The position numbers were made by a program, and so were the translations under genes. From Haliotis cracherodii (lineage: Eukaryota), in NCBI RefSeq assembly GCF_022045235.1, contig NW_027266265.1:3224001-3288000 (forward strand): DNA of 64,000 bases. The letters are read 5' to 3'. Positions within the stretch are counted from its first letter, which is position 1, and each line of letters starts with the position of its first letter. Shown piece by piece: positions 1-12,905 of this stretch. The notes beneath the pieces are model-generated. The model was not told the DNA's origin, did no database searches, and was given only the letters and a program-made list of their open reading frames with translations.

Positions 1-299
1 TTTTTAATCAATCATAATGCTAATTTATAACATTAAATATACACCCTGGGTTATTTTGTATACATTGTGTGAGTGAGTGATTGAGTGAGTGAGTGAGTGA
101 GTGAGTGAGTAAGCTTCTCACAATGCTCAAGAAGAATCGAAGTCGACTCTTCAGCTCGAAGAGCCCACACTTTAGCCACTAGACCCGCACCGCTCCTTAA
201 TGAATACAAGACGCACTTACCAGCTAATAGTTTAGTCTAGCTACAAGTCCATAATGGATTTATTAAACATTCGCAACGTTATCAGGAGAGGTAAGACCT

Positions 300-520
300 A
301 TGCGGACATGATGTCTAAGGCACCACAATCAGCTGTGCCGAGTTACGGTTCTTAGACATGTCAAAACCCAAGATGCAAATCCCCGTTTCGCCCTGATAAT
401 GCTTCTAGGTCCGTGTTCGTGGGTTTTACCAAAGTGGTAAACGCCCAAACCCTACATCACCTCTAGTTTTCCTCGTCTTCAAACTGACGCCCCGTGATAT
501 GACTGAGACACTGTTCAATG
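300..520 (+). mobile_element. Old, diverged copy of SINE family A
   Basis: Degenerate match to family A (GTCTAAGGCACCAC..., CGTGGGTTTTACCAAAGTGGTAAACG, CTGACGCCCCGTGATA). Confidence 0.6.
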
Positions 521-750
521 TTAACGGTTTCGCAGCCACACGCGATAACGTTCGGCTGCCTTGATTATATTCCACAAATCCTTTAAAGCAGCACAACGCC
601 GACAAACATAATGATTAAGATATATATATTTTGCCAGGGCCACAAGTTCAAGAACCCAGACAATCGTGTATGGCGGTTCTTGTAACTGTAACTTTATTAT
701 TACACCACGACAAGTTGATTTGACAATGAACATATTCAAACGTACGATTC

Positions 751-1119
751 GGTGTGGTGAAATAGGGCTTTCGTCGCGTTCAAGATTTTGGCACTTATAC
801 CTTGACGTTCATGCACCCGTTTGTATGTACGTGCGTGTGTGCGAGCGTGGATTTGTGCGTGCATGCTTGGTGTGTTTGTACTAATGCCGGATGTATAGTG
901 CTAGCCCACTGAGATACCATGCCGCAGTTTGATATCGATGCCCCACTCAGACACATTATACTGACTCCGAGCCGACCTGTCCCTTTTATGTTATCCTGCG
1001 CCAGGCAGGGTAACAACAAGTACCATCTTTTAACGTATTTTGGTATGGCGCGGCCAGGGATCGAACCACCGACCCTCCTCCCAAGTAGACGTTCTATCTA
1101 CTACATCACAGGGGCGGCC
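751..1119 (-). mobile_element. Meta-type tRNA SINE (family D)
   Basis: On the minus strand: tRNA-like head with B box GGTTCGATCCC, then a Meta-like domain (CATACCAAA...ATGGTACTTG...GTCGGCTCGGAGTCAGTATAATGTGTCTGAGTGG), a CA-rich tract and a GACG...AAACCC tail. Confidence 0.8.
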
Positions 1120-1241
1120 AGAAGAACGATTGATCAGTGTTTATTGAAACATTCTGGAAGGATGTGTTACCATTTAGGACAAATACAGGTATGCTAATTA
1201 AACATTCGCAACTCAATAGGATTATGTATGTGACCATGGAG

Positions 1242-1520
1242 TGAGTGAGTGAGTTAGGTTTAACGCCGCTTTTAACAGTATTCCAGTTATATCACGGCGT
1301 GTCAGCTTAATGTGGCAGGAAAGCCCGAAGTGATGCAGGTCTAAGACGTTTACCACTTCGGTGAAACCCACGAGCACGGGTATGGTGCTGACAAACCTAG
1401 AAACATAATCGGGGTGAACCGGGATTGGAACCCACAATCGTAGGTTTCTGGCGTGTCCAAGGGACGCAACTCTGCACAGCGAATCGCGGCGCCTTAGACG
1501 ACTGGGCCACCCGTGCCCCC
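1242..1520 (-). mobile_element. tRNA(Leu-like)-derived SINE family A
   Basis: A box TGGCCCAGTCGTCTAAGG, B box GGTTC.AATCCC, tail GCGGCGTTAAAC(TCAC)n. 14-bp TSD ATGTGACCATGGAG (1228-1241 / 1521-1534). Confidence 0.92.
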
Positions 1521-1892
1521 ATGTGACCATGGAGCCGCAGTGGTTTGGCATGAAGGGTGGGGGTGGGGGTAGGATACGCCCACCCCTTCGCAAACACCTG
1601 GTACCATCACTATTTGATAGTGAATCCTAAACACATGCACATGATATAGACGGAATTGTACTATCGACTCTGTTTTGGGCAGATATTTATTCATGAATAT
1701 GTAAAGGGCTATGTCGCTTTTATTTACAAAGGAAACAACATACGTATATCAGGACGAGTGGGGTTGTTGCTGTATGGATGGCAGGTTATACACGAACTTG
1801 AATAATTACACGGAAAACAATAGAAAACCAAGTACACACCCCACAAGATCAGTGATTGCATATCGCGATATCTCCTTATCCTCTTATCTGTG

Positions 1893-2167
1893 GGGGGCAC
1901 GGGTGGTCAAGTCATCTAAGGCGCCGCGATTCGCTGTGCAGGGTTGCGTCCCCTGGACACGCCAGAAACCTATGATTGTGGGTTCGAATCCCGGTTCACC
2001 CCGATTATGTTTCTAGGTTTGTCAGCACCATACCCGTGCTCGTGGGTTCCACCGAAATGGTAAACGTCTAAGACCTGCATCACTTCGGGCTTTCCTGCCA
2101 CATTAAGCTGACACGCCGCGATGTAACTGGAATACTGTTAAAAGTGGTGTTTAACCCAACTCACTCA
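1893..2167 (+). mobile_element. SINE family A
   Basis: Full length; 12-bp TSD CTCTTATCTGTG. Confidence 0.92.
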
Positions 2168-2549
2168 CTCTTATCTGTGTATGGCAACGGACTAGCTCGC
2201 GCTGCCTGGACACTTCATACCTCCTTTGCTATCGCATCTTCCACAGCTGTTTGACTCACACCACTAGTGATGTAATAGTGCAGATATCATCAGTTTATGG
2301 CGGATATAAAGTAACGCTCTTTAAACTTCAATATTTGTCCTGCTATCTTAGTTCCTCTTGTACTATCTCGGCGCCAGAGTTGTTTGTTTGTGGTTATATA
2401 ATATTGTCTTGTGTCCAGCTGGGCAGTGTGAGGGAACTCTTGGACGTCTGCTGACCACATGTGATATGTTTCACAAACTATCTCTGACATGATGATTATA
2501 AGAAGCTACCTTTAGACAACGTATGGATATGACGTTAAATCTTACAACA

Positions 2550-2711
2550 GTGAGTGAGTATGGTTTTACACCGCTTTTAGCAATATTCCAGTAATATCAC
2601 GGCGGGGGACACCAGAAATGGGCTTCACACATTGTACCCATGTCGGGAATCGAACCCGGGTCTTCGGTGTGACGAGCGAACGCTTTAACCACTAGGCTAC
2701 CCGACCGCCCC
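2550..2711 (-). mobile_element. Short tRNA(Asp/Val-like)-derived SINE family B
   Basis: Minus strand GGGGCGGTCGGGTAGCCTAGTGGTTAAAGCG...GGTTCGATTCCC..., tail shared with family A. TSD TAAATCTTACAACA. Confidence 0.92.
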
Positions 2712-4115
2712 TAAATCTTACAACAACTATTGTGACATACTAAAAGTGTCTACACTAGGTCTACGCTGCCAACCACCTCATAATATATATAAATGTTTAT
2801 ATATTGTGAAGGAAAATAGTATGTAATATCTCAATATATAATGTACATTATGTATATCTACCTCTCATGCCTGTAATTATATTTATTCCCCTATGTAGAT
2901 AGTTTGTACCGTGACCTACGAGGGTGTTCTGTACAATAGAAAATCTTGATTCTTGATTCTGGAGTGTGCAGAGGCTTTGAGGTGTTGTGTATGATGGGAT
3001 ATTATATTTTATGCCTGAACCTCTACACTCGAGGACAAAGTACCTGGGATATATTAAATGTTGTAAATAGTATAATTATTCTGTCGATATCGTCTATATG
3101 GTTTCACTTATGCTACCCATCACTACAGAGCGGTATTGCTTGACGCTATTATGCAGCTATTACATCCACACATCAAAGAATTAAGATCTTCATCCATAAC
3201 TTCGGGTTCATATTCAGCCCAGTAAAAAACCATAACATTATCAACAAATGAGACGTTTGGTGTTTATCTGTTTGAATATATCTCATTACGAGGAATAAGA
3301 ACACATTTCTTTTGTCTGTGAGATTCCAGATATACAGTTCCAATGCACGATATTGTAAAGGGGTTGTAGGTGTCAACTGTGACATTTCACTTGAAATTCT
3401 TATCAAAGTTGATAGGGCTTGCTGACCTTCTGTAATGAAGACGATAGTCATTTCCCGTCTACATATACATTGTGGGTGACTAGTGATGCATTTGTGAGTG
3501 GTACTGAAATTCGAAGACACATATGTACTCACAGATATAAAAACGTTGCCATGGCATTAGGTTTGATGGACAACCCATGTCCTCTACACATGTGTGAAGT
3601 CACAGTTTCGTCTTTATTGTACAGTGCATGAGTCACTGCAAGCTGAGTTTATCACAGTATTTCATGTTTGAAACGTATGGTACGAGATATTGATACGAAT
3701 TATAGATGCAAGGTTTTTGTACACCTAAACAAACCAGCAAAATATAGTTGCTCTTTCCCTTCCACGTGTCCGCAGCTTGTTTACGTGGATCAAATAAAGA
3801 GGGCAATTACATAAATAGTTTTAGATTTATTCGTGTTGGATTAACGATGACCTCGTACAGGAAGAAACCCTTTGCATTTCCCTGTGTACACTACCATTTT
3901 CATTGATACCAATAAAATGTTTCTTATCAGAGTCTGTCAAATGTTTATGAGCTGTATGAAGCTCTTGGCTTTATTGGATTGTAAAACAGCTGCTCTGAGA
4001 AGTTCATGTGACCTGATTAGGCGTTTCGATACCTTTACCACACATACCAATAATTGTACAAAATACCAGTATCACATACATGTAGTGAGGCTTAATGTGT
4101 TTTATCAAACAATGA

Positions 4116-4283
4116 GTGAGTGAGTGAGTATGGTTTAACGCCGCTTTTAGCTATATTCCAGCAATATCACGGCGGGGGACACCAGAAATGGGCTTCACAC
4201 ACTGTACCCATGTCAGGAATCGAACCCAGGTCTTCGGTGTGACAAGCGAACGCTTTAACCACTAGGCTACCAGACGGCCCCCA
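4116..4283 (-). mobile_element. SINE family B
   Basis: Full length; TSD TATCAAACAATGA. Confidence 0.92.
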
Positions 4284-5559
4284 TATCAAACAATGAAGGA
4301 CAAGTACACATGTATGTTATATGGAAGAAAAAATATGGTGAATTCTCAGCCGCTACCTGTGAACTCTTGCCCTTATGTTACATAGACCCGACTCGAGGGC
4401 GTAATGTAGGTATTAGCCGCTGTACACCAACAGTAGTTTCAGCAAATAACTAATACATGTGTCCCGTGTTATGTCTTGAATAGACCTTGAAAGGGTTCGT
4501 GTACATCCTATACCCTGCCACTGTCAGACTCGTTAATTCTTACATCCGCTACTTCTGTCAATTACAACCATGGTTTGGTTGTAAACGCTATATAGATGCC
4601 TTATCCATAAATTGTGTCCACATTGTCATCCAACAACTTCTAAGAAATGCCCAGAAACAATTCATTTGTTAATTGTCAGGGATGACCGGAACCAGACCCC
4701 TGTATTGTCCCCTGTGATAGATGGCCATGTCAAAGACATAAACTGGACATAATCAATGTACACAACTGTCGTACGACGGCGTACGATTGAAAGCTGGCCT
4801 AGTGTACGACAGATCTGTCACTGAAATATGCATGTCAAATTCAGCTGATGACATGCATTCCATGCTTGGTGTCCTTTCTCTGTTTACAAACTGTGCCTGT
4901 TAGATCTGCTGTCGAGATGCATCTATTGATAACGAGGCTTGTACAAACACAACGCTTTTTTTGAAAGAATAGCAATCTCCACTGAGAGATATAGTAAGGC
5001 ATGACAAGACGTAATACGATATGATAAATATAGAATAAACAACAGAAACAAACTGTGCGAGTGTATGCATATCCGACACAGACCTGATCTAATACAAGAA
5101 CAACATTGTTATGATCTTGAATGAAATGAAATGTTGTGAAATTATGTGATGTGACTTTACCAAAGTATATTCAATCCAACGCACTTAACACACTGACAAA
5201 CTTTCGCCATTCACAATAGGTTTACTAGTCCTGCACCATGACCGCTATATATATTTATTTTATGAAAAAATAATAATCTAGAAACGCATTCAAAAGCAAG
5301 TCTATCCAGCTGAAGCTAGCTCTGAAATCAGCATAAGGAAATATTTTTTATTTTTAGAGTCAAGAAGGAAATTGTGTACTATAAGATTTCAGAGACTAAA
5401 TGTTAGTCTGTAGGTTTACATTTTACTCAATAAATGCATACATCTCAATTTAAGAATCGTGAGCATTATACACTGACGACAAAGTAAATACAATATTCAA
5501 TATTTTTTATCCGATCCCAATACGTAACCCTGACTTCGAGGATAAAACATCAGTCAACA

Positions 5560-5834
5560 TACGTTAATCCCCAAAAATGACTAATCCTTTGTTTTGACGT
5601 AAATATCCCCATGTTTTATTCTCAAGGGATGAGTTGATAACGCTGCACTTAATCGATGTTATATATCAATCAAATCTGTTAAACCCGACATGACCAATAT
5701 ACAGCCATGTCATGTTCATGTGCTGTTGCAGGCTGGCTGGCTATATATTGCTCCGCCCTGGTTGTCGAGCCACCAGTCTCAAGCAGGCAGGCAGTCCGTC
5801 AGTTCAGACTTTAAACCAACACACAGCAGTCATC
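5560..5834 (+). promoter_or_regulatory. Core promoter/5'UTR of CA copy 1
   Basis: TGACTAA (AP-1-like) about 5579, TGACGTAA (CRE-like) 5595-5602, CCAAT 5694-5698, TATATA 5742-5747, Inr-like CCAGTC about 30 nt downstream and TCAGTT at 5799. Conserved in copies 2 and 3. Confidence 0.65.
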
Positions 5835-8800
5835 ATGAGTTGGGGATACGGAACCGAGAACGGTAAGTTGCTGCGGTGTGATAGTTCTTATTGTTCTTTA
5901 ATATTTCTCTGCTCGCTTTGTTCTTTATTCAGGTCAGATGTATTTCATGTGTGTTAATGAGCACTCTTAATTTTGTTTTTGCACCTTTCAAAAATCAGTT
6001 TGCAACCGGAATCTTTTCTCTGTGAAGGTGACTTTTTTAGATTTCTTATTTTTGATTTCCAACTTTTTAAAAAGATATTGCATTAATTTGGCAGGACATT
6101 GATAACGGCTTTTGAAACACAGTCAATATATTTGCAGTATTCTTTCTTTTGGGACAGTTCTTAGTATAGATAGATGATTTATTTAATAAACTCATTATCA
6201 CATCTATTATTTTTTAGATTCATTTACAAATATTTTTTGGTATAGTTTTTATTGTTTTAATTATAATCGTTCACATTTATTTTTGTCTTAAATGACACTG
6301 TCGTTGTAGGTGTAAGTTTGTTACCCTGTTGCTAGGTGAGACGTATATTATTTTTACCGAGCAAGTACAATATACAGTAACTAAGCAACATCTCGTCCTG
6401 ATGTTGAAATCGAATAATATTCGTTTGTTTGAATCCATACACCTTTTTATGAGCGAATATGACAGTTAGAAGTATTGCACAGAAAACGTTTTACAATGTG
6501 TATTTATCCTTCGGCATACTCTTCACGGGGTGTGTCCCCTTGTTGTTCAGTGAATGTAAACCGCATTCGTTCGCGTTTTGCCCTTGAACTAAACGACCCC
6601 ACATTTGTCGGCGGCTTGATATTTGAAATACACACTGGGTTCCGTCTTGTGCTACATCTGTTAACATAAGTCTAGACGCACCGATGGTGTGTATATGTAC
6701 TATAGTTTCCCCAAGGAGCGCATGGTAATGGGAGGAAGGTTCGTCTTCTTATATAAAACGGTACATGTTTTTCAGTTACCATACCTTTTAATAGTAAGCC
6801 CATTATGACTTTGTAATATTTTTGCCAACTTGACAGTTGGAGTTTGGTTGGTTAAGGGACTTCTTCAAAGCGTTTTGCATATCTATTTCAAATACCTGTG
6901 CTACTTCGTAGAAACACCTTTTTTATAACTTCATCTAAACATATTACAAACAGGCGTCTCTCTTAAGGAAACGTCCCTAGTTACGGGAATGCATCACAAG
7001 TGACATCTATATCCTTCTCTTAACGTAGATCTGTTGTGAAGGTGAAAGTGACAAATATCCATTAAGGTTGTCAGGTGGGGCTTATCAAGTCAGTGCACAC
7101 GTGTCAGTTGTCTGGCAGTACACCATCGACCTCCCGGTACCCGCAGTGCCTTCACTCAGGCGCACGGCGGACTGTGCATGACGTATGCCGGTCCTGATGG
7201 CTCTCTGTGGACATTAATCCTTAGTACCACGTGCCGTAAAGTAACAGCATGTAACATACACTTCTTAGAAAACTAGAACCCTTGAGGCAGATTCAACAAT
7301 GTTGTTTTCTACAAGTGTTCAGTAACTACAATAATTATGATATTGAGTAGAAGCAATGTAGACGGGTAGAAATATGAATCTCAATTAAGTGGGATGCATA
7401 ATTTCGGATCTTGCACAATCACACAATATTTATTTTGGATTTAATTGTACTACTTTGACAGATATTCTTGTACGGATATATCTGTGTATAAATCTGATGG
7501 ATTCGTGGAAAATGGTGTTCAGATAAGCCAGATGAGTTAAGATAAGATAAGCCATCCTATAAAGACCATACGGTTAAAAGCATCGACAAACCGAGGTACA
7601 ATGAAATCCTTTTTATTTGAAATGATTAAAGTAAATAACAGATGATTCTTACTAACCTGGGTTAAAAACGGACATTTGTAATTTGTACACCCTTCATATG
7701 TGGTTTTTAGCATCTTACTCATGTTTTAATGAGATGATTATCATAATATTTTTTATAAAATCAAGGGTATGGCCTTGACATGCTCCTGTTCTAGTGAGAT
7801 GGTTACTACCATATTGTAAAAACAAAAACGTGCAAACCATTGACATATCTCATTACCATACTGTATACACAAGAGTGTGTATAGCTTAGTCACGTATATA
7901 AAGCAACAGCTGGTCCTTCGAGAAACACTATACGTTGAATATTAATATAGAACAAATACTACAGTCCGAAATGTACAATGTACAATGAAGGAACAGATAT
8001 CTCATTGTAAGACATATGAGGACGCTAATTCGCAAGGACGTGTCATAGTATATATCTCTCCAGTTAATTCCCTTTGCGCCGCCATGCTCGGTTTAATCCA
8101 GTACACCACACACACAAGGTGACGAATGTTTTGTATATCAAACATGGCGTGCTCGTTTAGGTGCGTCTCAAAAAATGAATTAAATAAACTTAACGGCGCC
8201 TTTCACGATAGGCCAAATCAATTTGTTATATGTGTATTGACAATATGCCTCTGAATGATGCCTTACATAAATCTTTTATTGGGTTGAATTTATGACATTT
8301 CAAAATGCATTTAAACTTGTGATAAATAATATTCTGGGTAATAACGGATGTTCAACGGATGCTCACATACTTGCTGACATGGTTTTATGGGGCAATTACA
8401 CCAAACTTAAATACAATAAACATTAAACAGGCAAGAGCCGAAATTCACTTGAACAAGTTGGCGGGGTATGTCAGCAGCATGGAACATGTCAGGCCATGAC
8501 ATTGGTGGGTTACACTGGCACCCGTTGACAATACCAGGTGTCACCTAACCACTGTGTGCGTGTCAGCGTAGCCCAAGAACATAGGCAATCAATGCCCAAT
8601 ATCTACCATCTCAAATACTGTTCCGACTTTAATTGAAATTTAAAGTAGACAAACGTTTATTGATAACTTCTTGTTTATGTCACCTTGCCGTGTCTGTCAA
8701 GTCATGTTGTCTAATATCCGTATGTCACATTCTCTGATAACATTGTGCCACATTGTCTTTCACGTGATATTCCTGTTTTTTTCAGGACCCAAGTCATGGG

Positions 8801-11800
8801 TCAACAACTTCCCCATAGCCGCGGGCAAACAACAGTCTCCTGTGGACATCAACTCGACCAATGTCGAGTTCGACCAGAAGCTCGAGGCCAACCCTCTTTC
8901 TGTCAAGTACTATATCGAACAGAACATGGACTTCGAGAACACAGGGTTCTCCGTCAAGGCCAACATCCGGGAACCATCAAGTAAGTTCCACTTTAAATGA
9001 ACATCTTGCTTATTTAACGTGAGACAGTGAATGCTGTCTAACGTCACAACCAGCAATACCCTAGTCCATCACAGAGGCTCGTACAGAGTCGAGCCTGGGC
9101 AGTACAAGCCAATGGATGTACTCTCGGGGTTCTATAAAACCCAACAACCAAGTCTTCGAGTCTGACCACTAGAGCCGTTTTAGTCCACCCGTATGACAAG
9201 CATTGGTTGCTTAGGTGCATTTCTACCCGGTGTCCTCCAACCTTCCAACCATACCCAACTGCCCCCCCCCCCCTACCCCCCTAAACCATCCACCCATTTC
9301 ATTTGTCTCCACTTTACCCAGCACATCATCCGTTTGTCCGTCAAGACAGCTTGTTACAAAGATGCGAGGAGTTGTGTTGAACATGGTAACATATGTGTAA
9401 AATAAAATCTCCATTCTTTAATGCAGATAATCATAAACCATAAACATAATATTGTATAATCATGAATTACAATTTCCCAGCCATATCGATACAACGACAT
9501 CCTTTCTTCAACTGCAGAATCTGATTTGCCTATATCTAGCATGCTGATGTTGAACAATCTGTAACTGTGTTGCAGCTATCTCAGGGGGCCCCCTTGAAAG
9601 CACATATCAACTTGAGCAGTTCCATCTCCACTGGGGGTCATGTGACGAGAGGGGGTCGGAGCACACAGTGGAGGGCAAGACATTCCCAGCCGAGGTACTC
9701 TCTCCTAGACCACATGTAAAATATATCCGTCGTATATAAATGGTTATTTCAGTCAATCATAAGGCCACGACAAACGTATATTTTCCCAATGTATACAGAC
9801 TCGAGAAATGCGAACTTAAAGGGGAAGTGTACACGCAAAAATCACTTTCTTTCTTTTTCTAAACAAAACGCAATTTTAGAATTAGTTAGTATCTGTGTTT
9901 GAAAATATACACTCATTTTTTTTCACAGTGAAAGTAGGAAGCTCACAATAGTGTGAAAGTGATATGCCGTTATGAGGCCTTCGTTTTACGAGCGAAATAG
10001 GCCTGAGTTATCCCCCTTAGATTATGACGTAATTGGTGCCAATTTAACTGGGTCCCTGTCTATTCTCAACGCAAAAGATATCAAGGACCAGTTTGCGGTA
10101 AAACAACATGGTCTACGACACACTCCGGCGCAGTGGTGACTCAGCATAACACAATTCTGGCTGGCATCTGAGATGCTAGAATCACAAACTGTACCTACAC
10201 CACGTGAAGCGGCTCTAACAAAGCATGATGACGTCATAATGTTTATCAATTGGCACCAATGACGTCATATTGCAAGGGACATAAGCCATGGTGTTTTTGT
10301 TATGGAAATAGAACACTTGGAAAATGTGAAAAATATAAATCGTTTTAGTGCAAAAAATATGTTAATTGAATATGATGTTTTTTTATATTTTTGTCTATGA
10401 CACTTCTATGTTAACACTTTTAATGTGGAAAAAGTACAAGGAAAAAAGGTTCATTTCCGTGTGAATTTGCCCTTTAATGACTTAATGACGTACCTTCTAA
10501 CGTAATGGGTCGACAACAACAAAGATCTTGAGTCACAATTACTCTCCACTTAAACACGTACAGTCACAAGTAAACAATATTCTTTTCGATATTCAATTAT
10601 GTGCTTGTTTTCTTTACAAATGAATATCTGTTTTCAGCTTCATCTAGTCCATTGGAACCGAGATAAATATTCCAGCTTCGGCGAGGCCGCAGACAAACCT
10701 GATGGTTTGGCAGTGTTTGGCATCTTCTTGGAGGTAGGACCCTCAACTAAAGTCTCGAGCTAATGGAACGTGTACATTATTCCTTTAGGCTTGCGTGACG
10801 AATGAATCGCATGTAAAATATGTAATACAAGGAAAAGGTCTTGGTGCAAAACGTCCCAAGTGAATTTTATATTTTACGAATGCTTTTCACACTTTGACGA
10901 TTAACTGATCTCAACACGAGAAGGCCGTAGCTCCGAATTAAACTAATGAAACTATATTCCCATTTGTCTTCAGGTTGGCGCTGAGCATCCGGGTTTCAAA
11001 CCTTTAACCGACGGTTTAGATGCTGTCAAGTTCTGTTCCAAACATGAACAGGTCAAAGGCCAGTTCAACCCCAAATGTTTCCTCCCAGGTGAATTCTCAT
11101 TCATTCATCCATCTTTCCCTCTTTCCATCTGTCTTTACCCTACTCGCTATCCGTCAATTCATTTTCCTTATTCCAGAAACAAAGGGCTCCGTTCATACCC
11201 AGTAATGGATTCATTCATTGTTAAATTCCCATCATAGTAGTACTACTACGGAGAACAATAATGTCTATCATCTATATGCACTGGATGACTCAATATGAAT
11301 AGAATTATTTATAAGGCAGATACGCCGAATATGCAATTTGGCAACTGGACACGGTTAATTAATGAAAGTGTAAAGTGTCTGAATTAACTTACTAGTCTTA
11401 ACCTAAGCCCTGTATGTGTATGTGGGATCATGTACAATACTTCTTCTTCTCTCCAGAAACTCTGTCCGAGTACTGGACTTATCCCGGGTCTCTGACCACG
11501 CCCCCCTGCTACGAGAGTGTCACGTGGATAGTATTTAAAGAACATATGGTGGTGTCGGAGAGTCAGGTAAGCACACATTACCAACATGTACAGAAAATAT
11601 AGTTAATCAAATGTTTGTAAGGTCGTGTGAAGAGAACATATATTGAGAAGCCAAAGGAACTCTCACTTGATGTTGTCATGTTTGAACTTAACATCGCTTG
11701 AAAATATCTTAGGTTAGCAATAGTATATCCCAAAATACACTGTGCTGGCCCTAAGTCAGCACTCATACTTCTACGTGGTTATCTTAAAAAATATCATTTG

Positions 11801-12362
11801 ATTTAAAACGTATAATATGAAAAAATGGGAAAACTTTTTCGCATTATACACTGAAGGGTATCTTGAAAAATCTTGTCTTTCAAAATCATTGAGTCTGCCT
11901 TTTTCAAACACGGTAGGGGTCCTGTGGTTGCAAATTCATTTCTGATCACAGTCTTAATTGAACCAATCTATTTGTACACATAATAACCCAGCCACTGTTT
12001 TTTTCGAACTATTGGTTAATTTGATATACATTTAACAACAGTTCGTTCAATTTCCATCTATGTATTCTTTCTTGTTCCTCAGCATGTGTTTATGTAGGTT
12101 GGGACAATGGTTACTCCCAATAACAATATCCAATACGTATGTATCGTATATAAGAACCACTATAGTCACAGTCTAAAAGTTGAGACGAATATTAAATCCA
12201 CTGTCTCTTATCATTCCATGTCTTAGTTTTAAAAAATTCTGCTTTCAGTTAAAGGCCCTTCGAAGCCTGTGTTGGGGGGACTGTGACGGCGACTGCATCG
12301 TCGACAACTACAGACCACCGTGTGAGCTAGGCAGCAGAAAGATCCGAGCAGCATTTCATTAA
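5835..12362 (+). CDS. Alpha-carbonic anhydrase, cytosolic type, paralogue 1 (7 exons, 258 aa)
   Basis: Exons 5835-5862, 8786-8980, 9576-9694, 10638-10733, 10974-11088, 11457-11566, 12249-12362. All introns GT-AG with consistent phases; 777 nt total. Motifs MSWGY, QSPVDI, QFHLHWG (His94/96), GSEH (Glu106), ELHLVHW (His119), [15 protein letters not shown] (Thr199), DNYRP. No signal peptide. Confidence 0.96.
9820..10473. mobile_element. Kolobok-like non-autonomous DNA transposon in intron 3 of CA copy 1
   Basis: TTAA TSD (9816-9819, 10474-10477), AG...CT termini with imperfect TIRs, internal inverted repeat TGACGTAATTGGTGCCAATT / AATTGGCACCAATGACGTCA. Absent from copies 2-4. Confidence 0.8.
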
Positions 12363-12905
12363 CGATATCTGACTGACACACGGACAACGGCCCCGTCTGG
12401 CGGAAGGAATTGTAGAACACTGCCGCAATTGTTTGTGACTATCACAAAACAACGATGGACTGACATTGTCAGATCTCATCAGAAGTATAACAGAGCACTA
12501 GATATGAATCATGATCAATAGAATTCAGCTGGAATGATTCAATGAGCTGACACTATTCAATGTGTGTTCCGGGAGAACGAAAGGTTGACTTGAGCATGTG
12601 GAGTTATTGTTTCATGTATAGAGATCACGAGTAATGGTGGGAAATCATCAAGGAGTCCACGTGGTGTGATATTGTACCCCGATGGCAAGAATTGATGAAA
12701 CATTCATTCGCGATTTGCCGACTCTGTGGACAAACGAAGCGCCAATACTATTGGTCGCTGAACAAGGGGTCCCACCATCACTGAGTATCAGAGGTTCTGG
12801 CGTGAATGGATCATGACATTTCAACATTAATGCAACGTCTTTCATCATATCATTGTACGGAAGTCCATAGTGACGCAAGTCACTAGAATTTTCTTTTGCT
12901 ATTGC

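Noticed and set aside
1893-2000. tRNA genes suggested by A/B boxes (families A, B, D)
   Set aside because: No proper acceptor stem; heads are fused to SINE bodies and tails, flanked by TSDs and present in many copies.
1711-2016. Recurring ORF peptide GARVAQSSKAPRFAVQ... as a gene family
   Set aside because: It is a chance translation of SINE family A.
5686-5725. p53-type response element in the CATG cluster of the promoter
   Set aside because: Each half-site has two or more mismatches to RRRCWWGYYY; too weak to call.
8786-11566. Acatalytic CA-related protein (CARP)
   Set aside because: All three Zn-binding His, Glu106 and Thr199 are present.
5835-12362. Nacrein or secreted shell-matrix CA
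   Set aside because: No signal peptide, no Gly-Xaa-Asn repeat domain, no Cys23, no GPI or transmembrane tail.
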